Below, one piece after another: positions 24,783 to 37,849 of a stretch of 64,000 nucleotides of DNA. Origin of the DNA: Azolla caroliniana (taxonomy: Eukaryota; Plantae; Polypodiophyta); assembly GCA_043228905.1 (NCBI GenBank), contig JBHGNT010000001.1:20398001-20462000 (forward strand). The letters run 5' to 3'. Numbering within the stretch: position 1 is the first letter of the stretch; each line of letters begins with the position of its first letter. Below the pieces are notes generated by a model that saw only the letters and a list, made by a program, of their open reading frames with translations, made no database searches and had not been told where the DNA came from. Position numbers and translations under genes: made by a program.

Positions 24783-25989
24783 ACGATATGGTGGATTGGA
24801 TGGCGACGATGGTTTGGCTGGAAGGAATGGACGAGCTCAAAATAGAGGGACAAAGACAGTGCGGGCAAGGCACAAGAAAGGAGCAAATAGAAGGTTGACA
24901 ACCTTTGGCCCCACCACATTACTCTTTTCCTTCTTGGCACATGCCGGAGGATGTGCGGTTTGCTGGGGGTAGATGTCGTGATGTGGCGTGTTTAATGCGA
25001 GAAAAAGTGAAAAATTGAGGATACATGCACATTACACAAATACTTGTAAAAATGAAACTAATAATAAATAAACCTAGGACATGATGGCACTGAGTGCATA
25101 TTAAGGGTTGGAAGTAGGCTTTAACCCTTGCACGTCTAAGATAAGAAGCAATTATCATACCACTAAAGCTACTACTACATGCTTTACATTTTGTATATTT
25201 TCTTTTCATATTCAATATTTCATAGGTAGCAAACAATCATAACTGTGTACACAAAACCATGGTTTTTAGCCCATGGTTTTGTGCATGTCATAAGCAAAAC
25301 CGTTGTCGTGAAGAAAACCGTCCACGAGCGGAATCGGTGCACCGGAGCGTAGAAACCGACTCTTCATGCACGTGCGCCTTAAGTTGTACATAGGAGATCC
25401 TAGGTAGATTCGGTAGGTAGGGAGTAAAAGGGGAAACGGCTCCTTCCTTGCCTATAAAAGGAGGGAGATGAGGAAGGTAGAAGGATCGCGGAGAGTCGAG
25501 GACGAAGTGCTGTCGGTTTGCGTGCGAAGGCTTCTCTCTCTCTCTCTCTCTTTCCGGTTGCAAACGCCATAGCTTCCTTCTGTGCAGGTTTCGGGCGGGC
25601 TCGCGCTGCTCTGAGGAAAGCCCGAGTGCTTCCGGCAGCACCTCCAACCTACTCTTTTCCCTCTGTGCGTTTACGAGCAGGTATCGGCATCTGTTCGCCA
25701 GCCTGTTCGGTTGTAACCGACTTCGTGTTTGTTGTCTTCGTGTTCTTGTTGTTTGTCTTGTCAATACATACATACTTTCGTGTCTTTCTGTGTCGCTGTC
25801 CCATTCGCGTCTTTCCGTCGAAGGGCCGTGTCCCTGTGAATCTACGCTCGCATGTAGTGGGTCTCTTCTCTTTCTCTCTTACTCTTCGGTACAGGACCCC
25901 CGAGGTCCCGCCTCATTCCACGCATCCGCGAGGAATACCTCGACATATTTGGTGAACCCGACGTGAAGGAGGCGGCAGAAGAGCAGAAG

Positions 25990-28116
25990 ATGAGGGGGTC
26001 GGATCTTGCAGAGGCCATGGCTTCGGCTGTGGATCGGATATTGAGCACACGCGAGGGCACCGGTGCCCTCGACAGAGCCATTGAGGCGGTCGTCGGTACG
26101 ATCGGCCGTTTCAGCGGAAAGGATGCTACGAAGTATTTGGCGTCCTACGGGGCGGAAATGCTGATGCGGGACGTTCCGGAAGAGAGGCGTCTTGCCGGGT
26201 TCCCTCGAGTGGCGATGCCGAGCATCCATGCGGAGGTGCTCGAGGTACGGGCGGAGAGCCGTACCTGGGAGGAGTTCGAAGGCCGACTCCTAGAGAAATA
26301 TGGGCTGGACGACGCGCTCCGGCTTTCGAAACGGGACTTCATGGAATGGGTGGAGTCCCCCGGCAAAGGAAGAAACGCGTTGGCACTCCTCCGGGAGTTC
26401 GAAGAACGCTTTGCGCGCCTTTCGGCGCTTGACCGAACCATTCTGGATATGAGCCGGGTCCTACTGTTCGTCAAGTCGGTGGACGAGCGGGACCGGGATC
26501 AAGTCGGCTCCTTGCTGGAAACCGAAGACGGGCTGACAACCGACTGGGCTGCGGTTAAGAGAGTCTGTGGCCGTTTCGACAAACGGCGAGAATGGGCTGA
26601 CAACGGGGCGGCCGGTGCGGGCTCTGTTACAGCAAGGAGGCTTGAACCGGCACCGCAAGTGCGAAGGGAAGAAACCCGGGAATAGCTCGAAACCGGTCTG
26701 GCTTCGACCAGCATGGTCAATGGCTCGTCCGGAGGAGCAGCGCTAGAGGAGTTGACGCGGGCGATAAAGGATCTCCAGATCGCCCAGACTCGAAGGGAAG
26801 GCGGCGAACCGGCTCGTGACCGACGGCCGGCAGCGGGGAACAGGTGCATGTGGTGCGACGAGGTCGGCCACATTCGGAAGGACTGCGGCGATTTCGCAGA
26901 GGCGTTGAGAAACCGGGTACTGTACCTGTGGGAAGGCCGGGTGCACGCTGGCGACACCAGGAGGGCCCTGAGCCGAAACGACGGGTGAGGAGGTATGAAG
27001 AGACTGATGGAAGAGGCAGCAGCCCGACACGTGGAGGCCATCCACTACTCGGCGTCAGCCGGTATTCGGGTCGGGGGCAGCGAGGCCCGAAAGGAGAGTA
27101 AAGACGGTTTCTGGTCGGCAATGCTAGAAGGCCTCGCCGGCGCGCGGCTGAGGAAAGATGAAACGGACCGCGCTGAGAGACGGGTCCGGGAAATAACCGG
27201 GTGGAGCGATCCGGTCGAGGAGAAGACGGGCTTCGTAGAAGCCGCTTGCCGGAACTACGAGGCTCTGGTAGAAGAAAAACGAGTGGGGAAAGCCGGAGCG
27301 GCCGGGCCCTCACAACGGTACGAGACCCGATTCGGGCAACGACGGAACGATGCCGGTGGGCCCGGCCCGCAAGATAACCCCAGGAAGGGCGGGTACCGAC
27401 TGGGGACAAAAATAGAAAGGACTACGGACCTACGAAAGGTCCTAGAAGAACGGATCCTCGATAGCAAAGTGGAGCTGTCATTACGGGAGGTGCTAGGGAT
27501 CGCCAAGAAGGAGTTCCACGACTCCATTGTAGACTTGGTGAAACGGAAGAGACTGTCGACGGAGACGGAACCAGAAAGACCGCTGGAGATGCGGACGACG
27601 CACATCGACGACTCGGCGCTGGAAGATGAGTGGGCGGAGAGCCACTATTCAAGGCCACACTGGGCCCGAGCGACCACGGAGACCCCGGTAAAGATCAGAG
27701 ATGTTCAGGAACCGGTGGTGGCGTTGGTGGACCACGGTTCGGAAATAAACCTAATGTCCATGGACTTCTATAAGAAGGGAAAGTGGTCGATCAACACCAG
27801 GCACGGGTGGAAGATACGGGCGGCGACGCGCGCCACCGAGGAACTGCACGGGGCCTGCCCGAATGTGCGAGTAAAGATCGGCGACGTCGAGATTGACCAA
27901 CACTTCTTCGTATAGGAGACGTCCTTGCATCCGGTCATATTAGGGGAGCCATACATCACGGCGGCGAGAATGGAGACCAAGGTGCTGGACAACGGTTCGG
28001 CCTACGCGAGGGTCAAAAGCCAGGACGGGCGCCATTCGGTGCAATTTTTGACGGTTCGGCCGAACCACGAGAGAAACCGTGAATCCCTCGGTGGCGAGAG
28101 CCGGGAGGATTTTTAG
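25990..28116 (+). pseudogene. G Gag-protease ORF (single frame, 3 premature stops)
   Basis: ORFs 25963, 26713, 26995 and 27925 share a frame. CMWCDEVGHIRKDC knuckle and ALVDHGSEINLM aspartic protease motif. Confidence 0.9.
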
Positions 28117-28173
28117 AGAGGGCTGCCAAGGCGTGGGGCCGAGACAGCCCGGACACTCGGAAAAGACCCCACG
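28107..28173 (+). promoter_or_regulatory. Putative -1 ribosomal frameshift signal with pseudoknot (G)
   Basis: G_GAT_TTT_TAG, 6-nt spacer, stems GGGCTG/CAGCCC and CGTGGGG/CCCCACG. The -1 frame is open into pol. Confidence 0.75.
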
Positions 28174-31100
28174 ACTGTACGATAGGTAGGGGATTTTGCT
28201 TCTCCGACAATGGAGGGTGTATGATAGTCGGCACCGTCGGCCGAGAAAAGACAAGGGCGGAAGTGCGACTTCGAGCGTGCGGAGTTCTCGGCCCGGACGA
28301 GGAAATCAGCGGAGCCGTGGAGGCGGTCTCCTTCGATGACACCTTGGGAATGCTAAGGAAGGTAGCCGGAGAAGACCTTAACGAAGACCGGACGATACCG
28401 GTATGTTCCGAAGAGATGTACGAAGTCATCGCGAACTTCAGTCTGGGGCTCAGGTCGGATCGGACGGCCCGAGTTAGCACGAGGTACAAGACTGTGGACC
28501 GGAAGGTAAGGCCAGTCGCGGCACCCTTGCCGAAGGGCAGCGAGTCCCGAATCAGAGGGGTGGCGTCGGACCCCAGTTTACGAGATCCGGCCTGCATAGG
28601 ACACACCTTCACCGACGGAACGCTCCGGGAGCTCAAAATCGGTGGGGGCGGGTTCCTACTGCCGGCGGAGGAAGACCGGTTTCGGAGAATGCTCGGAAGG
28701 CACGGGAAAGCCTTTGCATTCTCACCGGAAGAGATCGGGTGCGTAGACCCGACGATCGTGGAGCCGATGGTGATATTCACGGTACCGCATGTACTGTGGA
28801 ATCTCAAGCCGATTCCAGTACCGAGAGCTCACATCCCGAAGTTGATGGAGCTATTGAGGCAGAAAGTCGATATGGGTATTCTCGAACCGTCGAGCGCGCC
28901 ATACTCGAACCGATGGTTCACCGTACCAAAGAAAAACGGAACATTGCGCTTCATTCAGGACCTGCAGCCGGTCAACAGAGTGACCATCCGGAACGCAGGA
29001 ATCGGACCGACCATAAACGAGTTCGCGGAGGCCTTCGCCGGAAGGTCGATTTACTCGGTCGGTGATCTGTACTCAGGGTACGACCAGTTCCAGCTAGCCG
29101 GGGAGAGCAGAGACATTACGACGATGCGAACTCCCCTCGGCCTAGTGCGAAAGTGTACCCTGCCACAAGGAGGGACCAACTCAGTGGCCCACATGGTGAA
29201 TGCAATGAACAAAGTACTGAGGGATTGCATCCCGGACATCACCATGCCGTTTCTAGACGACATCCCCATCAAGGGGTGCCCGGTGGAAGAGAAGGACGAG
29301 GCACTCGGGCCGGACGGATGCCGGCGATTCGTAGCAACACACATCGACGACTGCGAGAAGGTGCTACAAAGGCTAGAGGATGCGAGGCTCACCTTCTCCG
29401 GGGAGAAATCGGCCTTCGGGCAATCAGAAATCCTGGTAGTCGGGCATCTATGTGGACCATATGGCCGGAAGCCGTCTCTGGCAAAGGTAGAAGCCATCTC
29501 CGCGATGAAGACCGACTGTAGCTCGGTTACGGAAGTTCGGAGGTTCCTGGGGGCATGCGCGTTCTACCACATATGGATCCCGCATTACGCCCACGTTGCG
29601 GAGCCACTATACGGGTTGCTGAAGAAGGGGCAAAGATTCGAGTGGCGAGACGAGCACACGGGGTCGGTCTGGAAGCTGAAGGAAGCTCTTGCGGCAGCAC
29701 CGGCGCTCTGGAAGGCTGTCTACGAGAAGGGTACCCCGGTATACATAATGGTGGATACGAGCCCGACCGGGATCGGATGGGTCGTCAACCAAGAAGACGA
29801 GGACGGCACCCGGTTCCCGATCCGATTCGGCGCTAAGGTCCTCAGTGAGCGACAACGAGGGTACGCCCAGGTTAAACGCGAACTCTGGGGTATCGTTTCG
29901 GCGGTAAAGGCGGACAAAGACTACCTGATCGGGACAGAAGTGATTATCGAGACGGATTGCCTGCCAATTCTTGGCATGGTTTCCGGATGCGCGACACCGG
30001 ACCTGGCGATGCTCAGGTGGATAGCGTACATCAAGTCCCTGGACCCGGAGATACGACACATTTCCGGAAAGGACAACGCCATGGCCGACATGCTTTCGAG
30101 GGCGAGGTTTGATGACGAGGGCGGCATGGTTTCGGATGACGAAGAAGTCGGCGTGGACTTCTTCGAGGCAGCGTACGTGACGACCGATGGGACGAGCACT
30201 CCGGCACTTAACGACTTCGACGAGAGAAAGTACGATGGCGAGTGGCTCCAGATCGGTGGATTCTTGAGGACAATGACGCCGGATGCGTCATGGACGAAGG
30301 ATGAGGCCAACCGGATCCGGAAGAAAGCTTACCGATTCTTTCTCCGGGACGGATACTTATGGAAGCACCCGAAGAAGAGGGACGGCGCTCTGCTCCGGGT
30401 GGTGGCGATGAAGGAAGAACAGGAGGAGCTGTTGACGGCCTACCACGACAGCCCTTGGGCCGGACACCGTGGAACCTGGGCCACGTTCGAGAAGATAAAG
30501 GGGAAGTACTGGTGGCCGGGACTGTACCGGGACGTGCATCGATTCGTGACAACTTGCGAGAGCTGTCAGATGCACTCCATAGTCCGACACCGGGACGAAC
30601 TTCACCCTACGTACCCTCCGACTATCCACTTCAAATGGATGGTAGACCTGGTAACGATGCCGATAGGAGTAGGACAAATGCGGTATCTGGTCCTGGCTCG
30701 GGAAGATCTAACGAACCAGGTGGAAGGCCGGGCCCTTCAGAACAAAACGACTGCAGCCGTATGTCGGTTCCTGCTCGAGGACGTAATATGCCGGTACGGG
30801 TGCGTCAGGAAGATCGTGGCTGATCGCGGGGAGTTGGATGCCGAAGAGGCCGAGGAGCTGTTCGACCGGTTAGGGGTCAAGCTCTCGCTTACCACTGCGT
30901 ACAATCCAGAGGCAAATGGGAAGGTGGAGCGTGGGCACAGACCGATCGTCAAGGCGTTAGTTCGGGCATGCGGAGGTCAAGCCGGGAACTGGCCGCAGCT
31001 ACTGCCTTACGCGTTGTGGGCTGACCGGACTACGCACAGTTCAGTAACCGGATTCATGCCGGCAGAGCTCATGTTTGGGCAGAAGCCGATCATGCCGATC

Positions 31101-31580
31101 GAACGTACGGTCTCCTCATGGGCAACCGTGGACTGGAGAGACGAAATGAGCTGGGAGGAACTGTTGACGGCGCGCATACGACAGCTCGAGCGGAGACCGG
31201 AGGACGTGGAGCAGGCTGCGGAAAAGCTTCGGGAAGCAAGGATGAGGAACAAAGCCTGGTTCGACCTAACACACCGGCTCTGACCGAAGAAGATCGAGGA
31301 AGGCGACTGGGTGCTAGTCTACAACAGCAGCCTCGACAACCAGCACCGAGCGACGCGGAAGTTTGCAAGAAGGTGGTTCGGGCCTTACATGGTACAAAGC
31401 GCCAACGACAACGGGACGTACCATATGGCGGAACTCGACGGCACGAGAGTGGCGATACCGGTAGCTGGGAAACGGATCAAAGTGTTCAAGAAGCGTCACG
31501 ACGACGAGCCGGATCCGGTTAACCTGGACCGGGACGACGAACGATCCGAAACCGAGGAAGAACCGACGGGCGGGGAATGA
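28113..31580 (+). CDS. G RT-RNase H-integrase polyprotein (-1 frame, one late stop at 31281, no chromodomain)
   Basis: 1020-aa ORF 28221..31283 with DLYSGYDQF, FLDDIP, VDTSPTGIG, GHRG, ADRGE and PEANGKVER, plus RWFGPY in 31311..31580. Confidence 0.92.
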
Positions 31581-32628
31581 AGGCTAGACCGGTTTTCTCC
31601 GTCCCAACACAATTGGCGCATGCCGGTGGATGCGCGGTTAGGTGGGGGTGGATGTCGTGAAGAAAACCGTCCACGAGCGGAATCGGTGCACCGGAGCGTA
31701 GAAACCGACTCTTCATGCACGTGCGCCTTAAGTTGTACATAGGAGATCCTAGGTAGATTCGGTAGGTAGGGAGTAAAAGGGGAAACGGCTCCTTCCTTGC
31801 CTATAAAAGGAGGGAGACGAGGAGGGTAGAAGGATCGCGGAGAGTTGAGGACGAAGTGCTGTCGGTTTGCGTGCGAAGGCTTCTCTCTCTCTCTCTCTCT
31901 TTCCGGTTGCAAACGCCATAGCTTCCTTCTGTGCAGGTTTCGGGCGGGCTCGCGCTGCTCTGAGGAAAGCCCGAGTGCTTCCGGCAGCACCTCCAACCTA
32001 CTCTTTTCCCTCTGTGCGTTTACGAGCAGGTATCGGCATCTGTTCGCCGGCCTGTTCGGTTGTAACCGACTTCGTGTTTGTTGTCTTCGTGTTCTTGTTG
32101 TTTGTCTTGTCAATACATACATACTTTCGTGTCTTTCTGTGTCGCTGTCCCATTCGCGTCTTTGCGTCGAAGGGCCGTGTCCCTGTGAATCTACGCTCGC
32201 ACGTAGTGGGTCTCTTCTCTTTCTCTCTTACTCTTCGGTACAGGACCCCCGAGGTCCCGCCTCATTCCACGCATCCGCGAGGAATACCTCGACACCGTGT
32301 GCACAAAACCATGGTTTTAGCCCAAGGTTTTGTGCATGTCACAAGCATGGAGAGACCTATAAAAGCCTCTAATAAGGCTTGTGTAAGGGGGGGCTCAATA
32401 TGTGATATCACCAACACCACTATCATCAATATAATTATATTCGTCTTTATCTTCTTCATATTTTTCTACTTCTCAACTGTACAATCTTTCTTCTTCTCAA
32501 GTGAACAAATTTCATCCAATCTTACACCAATCGTCATCTCTTCGATAATTCCGCAAACGTCCTCCCCAGTCCAAGACCCCAGTGGTCGCTCGAGTAGCAC
32601 ACGCACGCGCGAATCTTCGTGACAGCGT

Positions 32629-35600
32629 ACATGCGCTATGTCAATTGCATGAAGTGTATGTGGATGAAAAACAACGGCGCACGGATGATGCGGCCAGACC
32701 ATCAAAGACGCCGGAGAACTAGAACTCCGAAGGGAAGGGAAGGGCAAAGGAAAAACAATTCTAGCATTCAAACTCGCTTCAGACATCGAAGAATAGATAG
32801 ACCTAAAGAAGGTGTTCAAAGAGAGAATCCTTGATAGTAGGGTGGAATTTTCACTTCAGGAATTACTCGAAATAGCAGAGGAGTTCCACGATCTTCTTGT
32901 GGATCTTGTGAAGAGAAAAAGACAGAATATGGAGGAAATTGCTCCAAGGGTGAATGCGAATACCATTCTAATGAATGACACGGAAGTGGAGGATGAAATA
33001 CCAAACTGCCACTACACAAGGCCACACTGGGCACGTGCAACTATGGAGACCCCAGTCTGAATCGGCAACATCAAAGAGCCCGTGCTAGCATTGATTGATC
33101 ACGGATTGGAGATCAATTTGATGTCCAAGGAGTTCTACCGGAAGGGGAAGTGGCCTATCAAAACTAACCATGGGTGGAAGATCCAGGCAGCCACTAAAGC
33201 AACGGAAGATCTATTTTTGGCTTGTCCGGATGTGACGGTGAAGATCGGGGATGTCGAGATCGACCAAAATTTCTTCGTGCAAGATGAGGTCTCACACTCC
33301 ATGATCCTCGGGCAACCCTTTATCACGGCATCACGGATGGAGACGAAGGTTCTCGATAGCGGTGCGGCTTTCGCACGAATTCGGAGCCAAAGTGGAGGGA
33401 AATCCGTTCAATTCCTAACTGTGCCGGCAACTCATGAAAGGAACAAGAGAGAGCTCTTGTCCCAAACAATGATGGATTTTTAGAGCGGAATGTTGCGGAG
33501 TGGGGAAGTGATAGTCCGAGAAGCCCTGATACCCCACACAGGAAGAAAATCGGTCCGGATGGGGCATCTACGTACACGGCCGTAACCGGAGGAAAGACTA
33601 AAGAATACCGAAAAGTAGACGATAAATTGCGGTCGGCATCAATAATAAAAGAAGACAAAGAAATCGTGGGGGTAGTCAAACAAGTGTTCAATGGGAGCAC
33701 GCTACAATGGCTTGAAGAGCTTGTGGAGGATAAATGCCAAGGAGACCGGGTAGTCCCGGTGGAATCAGTCGAGATGTACGAGATCATTGCGAAAATGGGG
33801 CCGCATGCACTCCGCAAAGAAGAAGCAATGGTAAGTACGAAATACAAGACCGTGGAGAAGAAAGTGAAACCGGCCGCAAAACCATCACTTGACGATAGTG
33901 AGCAAAAGAGGAAAGTCTTGGGAGATCCGACACTTCGGAAGTCCGTGGATATCGGATATGCCTTCACGGATGAGACCCGGAAGAAACTTTGGATCGGTGG
34001 AGGTGGTTTCCTTTTACAAAATGAAGAAGAACGATTCCGTGGGATGTTGGAACAACATGGGAAAACATTTGCATTCATATCGAAGGAGATAGGGTGCGTT
34101 GATATGAAGATAATGGAGTCGATGGTGATCTTCATGATTGACCATGTGTCGTGGAACCTAAAGCCGATTCCGATGCCGCGGGCGCATATTCCCAAAATCA
34201 TCGACATGCTCAAGGAGAAGGTGGCGATGGGGATTCTAGAGCCATCAAATGCTCCGTACTCAAATCGATGGTTTACGGTTCCAAAGAAGAATTGGTCACT
34301 CCGATTTATCCAAGACTTGCAACCGGTGAACAAGGTCACGATCCGGAACTCCGGAGTCGGTCCGATAGTGGACGAATTTGCGGAAGCATTTGCCGGTCGT
34401 TCGATATCCTCCATCGGAGACCTATACTCAGGGTATGACCAATTCCAACTAGTTGTGGAGAGCCGAGAAATCACTACCATGCGAACACCGATAGGATTAG
34501 TCCGAATGTGCACAGTACCACAAGGAGCGACAAACTCGGTGGCACATATGATGAATGCGATGAACAAGGTGCTTCGAGATTGCATTCCAGAGATAACGAT
34601 GTCTTTCCTAGATGACATTACGATGAGAGGATGCGCGGTAGAAGAAAAAGATGAAACTAAGGATGATCGGGGATGCCGAAAGTTCGTAGTCGACCATATT
34701 CGTGATTGCGAGAAAGTGCTTCGAAAGTTAGGAGATGTGCACCTAACACTTTCCGGGGAGAAATCGACTTTCGGGCAAGAAGAGATATTGGTAATCAAAC
34801 ATCTATGTGGGCCCTACGACCGAAGACCGTCACCAACCAAGATTGATGCGATTCAAGCTATGAAAGAAGTATGCGAGTCACAATTCGAAGTTTGAAGGTT
34901 CCTTGGAGCTTGTTCCTTTTATCACATATGGATTCTGCACTATGCACATATTGCGGACCCACTCTATCACTTATTGCGGAAGGGGAAGAAGTTCGAATGG
35001 AAACTGGAACACACTAATGCCATGAAGAAGCTCAAGAAAACACTACGGAGGGTTGAAGCATTTAAGAAGCCGAGCTATGAGCGACCGATCATAGTAATGG
35101 TTGATACAAGTCCAACTGGGATCGGATGGGTCATCAATCAAGCCGACTCGGATGGGTTGCGATATCTAATTCGGTTCGGAGCAAAGGTTCTCAACGAAAG
35201 GCAACGCGGATATGCACAAGTCAAAAGAGAATTATGGGGAGTCACGTCGGCAATCAAATCAGATTGAAATTATTTGATCAGAGCCGAAGTAGTGATCGAA
35301 ATGGATTGTCTTCCGATACTCGGGATGATGTGGTGTTGCACGATACCGGATGTGGCTATGCTAAGATGGATTGCATATGTTAAGTCACTTAACCCGGACA
35401 TACGACACATCTCCGGAAAAGACAACGTGGTAGCGGATATGCTATCAAGGGCTCGGTTCGGAGACAACATAGCCGAATCCGATAATGAAGAAGTTTCTGA
35501 AGACTACTTTGCTTCGGAGCACATATGCCGAGTAAACGTAATTCGAGAATTCCGAGAAGAAGAATACGAGGGAGAAAGCTTGATGATCGGGAAGGTGTTA

Positions 35601-36960
35601 CAAGAGATTGAGGAATCATTGGACGATAAAGAGAAGAGGTTCGAGATCTGAAGGAAGAAGAGGCAATTCCAAAAGTTCTTCTTGAAAAATGGATTAATAT
35701 GGAGGGAGCCGAAAAGATCGGATGGCATACCACTTCAGGTAGTCGGGACGAAAGAGCAACGAAACCGGATATTGTCTGAGTTTCACGAATCTAATTGGGC
35801 TGGACATCGAGGAACATGGGCAACTTTTTTGAAAATCAAACAAAAATATTGGTGGAAGAATATGTACAAAGATATAGTAGAGTTCACAGAAAGCTGCGAG
35901 AAGTGTCAAATCTACTCCGGAGTTCGACACCGAGATGAGTTACATCCGACATTCTCACCAACACTCAAGTTCAAATGGATGGTCGACATTGTAGCCATGC
36001 CAACCGGGATCGGACAAAAGAAGTACGTGTTGTTAGCTCGGGAAGATCTCACAAATCCAGTAGAAGGTCGGGTGCTACGAAGGAAAACGTGTTCTACGGT
36101 ATGCCAATTTCTTTTGGAGGAGATGTTTTGCAAGTACGGGTGTGTAGGACAAGTGATTGCGGTTCGGGGAGAACTTGACTCTGATAAAGCTAGGGAATTC
36201 TTCACCAAACATGGAGTTCAGTTAACATTAACAACGGCATACAATCCAGAAGCCAACGGAAAGATCGAATGAGGACATAGTCCAATCGTCAAAGCACTTG
36301 CAAAAGGAAGGGTGACGGATTGGCCGCAGATGCTCCCGTATGCACTATGGGCGGATCATACGACACATAGTTCCGTGACCGGTTGTATGCCTACCGAACT
36401 CATGACTGGACAAACACCGGTAATGCCGACGGAAACTACAATTGCGACATGGACAATGATGTCGTGGAAGGAAGAGATGAGTCGGGAAGAACTACTAGCA
36501 GTCCGGATACGACAACTGGAGGGAAGACCGGAAGACATAGCGGAAGCAACACGCCGACAACAGGAAGCGCGATTCCGGAACAAAAGCCGATTCGACACAA
36601 AGCATCGACTACGACCGCGGAAGATTGAAGAAGGTGATTGGGTGATTGTCTAATTCAGTAGTCTGGATCATCAACATACAACAATACGGAAGTTCGCAAA
36701 AAGGTGGTTCGGGCCATACGAGGTTTGGAAAGTTTCTCACAATGGAACTTACCGACTATGTGAGTTGGATGGAACAGTGTAAGCTTTTCAAGAAACGGAC
36801 TGACGAAGAACCTTATGTAAGCTTAGGCAAGACCAACAACTAGGTGCAATCGGACAAAGCTCGTGGTGATGCAGAAATCGAAGAAAGCGGTCTACAATTG
36901 ATAGTTTATATAAGGGAGGAATTGGAAAGTGCTACGGATGAAGACGAACAACAGGCATCA
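32629..36960 (+). pseudogene. D protease and RT-RNase H-integrase (degenerate)
   Basis: ORFs 33082..33483, 33627..34895 and 34974-36843 are colinear with G. Same GGATTTTTAG junction at 33474-33483. Confidence 0.92.
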
Positions 36961-37007
36961 GGAACTTCGGCACATACCAGAGGATGTGCGGGTTTGGAGG
37001 GGGTGAG

Positions 37008-37849
37008 TGTCGTAGTGTAATTTGCACATTACGTGAAAATTGCATTTTGTCCCTGCGGATGGGACAAGGAGGAACCGGTAAGGAGGAACCGGCAAGGAGG
37101 AACTGGTAAGGAAAACCGGTAAGAACTTGATCAAGAAGAACCGGCAAGAGCCGGATAAAGAAGGCCGGTGAGAGTCTCTCACCGGATGAAGAGACAAATT
37201 TGTAAATAGAAGAAAATATTGTTACATGCATAGGGCAGGATTCAAACCCTATACCTCCACATAGACAAACCCCAACCTTACCATTATACTAACTTATCCT
37301 AAGTGTACTAAATATAGATTTAATACATATAAGACCTTTATTTACGCCTACCTTTATTAAAAGGTAAGTCATGCATTTTTAGAATGCATGAATACTTTAT
37401 TTATACGAAAAATGTACACCAATAAAAATTTACTCGTGCATATCTAGCGAGCATGAGCACTATATTTAGGAAATAAAAGCATAGTGTAAAAAGCAACTCA
37501 TGCACATTTAGTGTGCATGAACACTTTAGAAAAAGCACGAAGTTATGCTTAGCCTCTTCCATCCTTATATAAGGAGGAGAGAAGGATGAATGAGGTTGTT
37601 GATTATTTTACAAGGATTGATCAGTCTAATATATTCGTGGGATTCACAAGTTTATCATCAAAATTCTCTTTCTTACAATCTAAATATTCATTAAATACAC
37701 TAAACTCGTGGAATTCACGAGATTCATAACGTACCACTCTTTCTACCTATTCATTACTAGCCTTATCTCATAGTCTTCTTTCTTCTAGTCCAAAACCTCA
37801 GTGGTTCCCACCCGACTCACGCAATGATCCGAAGTTGAAAGGCACGACA
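37008..37849 (+). repeat. 3' LTR of D
   Basis: TGTCGTAGTG...CACGACA, preceded by GGAGGGGGTGAG. Confidence 0.92.
37232..37293 (-). promoter_or_regulatory. tRNA-like A/B-box cassette in the D LTR
   Basis: Minus strand TAGTATAATGGTAAG (from 37291) and GGTTTGAATCC (37248-37238), 43 nt apart. The B-box is deleted in the 5' LTR copy (~8088). Confidence 0.55.

Larger units (their letters stand above)
25304..32294 (+). mobile_element. Element G: young, structurally complete Trp-primed Ty3/gypsy element inserted in the F 3' LTR
   Basis: 642-bp LTRs 25304-25945 and 31653-32294 with about 6 differences by eye. PBS TGGTGAACCCGACGTGAA 25950-25967, TSD CCGT. Confidence 0.95.
9915..32624 (+). mobile_element. 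Element F: non-autonomous (gag-only) Trp-primed LTR element inserted in D; both LTRs interrupted
   Basis: 5' LTR 9915-10325 plus 22518-22767. 3' LTR 24974-25303 plus 32295-32624. PBS 22773-22790, TSD GCGT/GCGT, no pol. Confidence 0.9.
7877..37849 (+). mobile_element. Element D: tRNA-Trp-primed Ty3/gypsy element inserted in C and interrupted by F
   Basis: LTRs 7877-8687 and 37008-37849, PBS TGGTGAACC at 8692. The 4-bp TSD is ACGC/ATGC, and removing D restores the C frame KGQTRKSTKPIVWN. Confidence 0.9.

Noticed and set aside
31845-32622. ORFs within LTRs (also 12351..12806 and 25518..25955)
   Set aside because: Products of CT/GT-rich U5 sequence that span element junctions; not credible proteins.
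33323-34798. 491-aa minus-strand ORF, and similar antisense ORFs such as 28013..28807 and 2320..2979
   Set aside because: Antisense shadows of pol or other sense ORFs, with no recognisable motifs.
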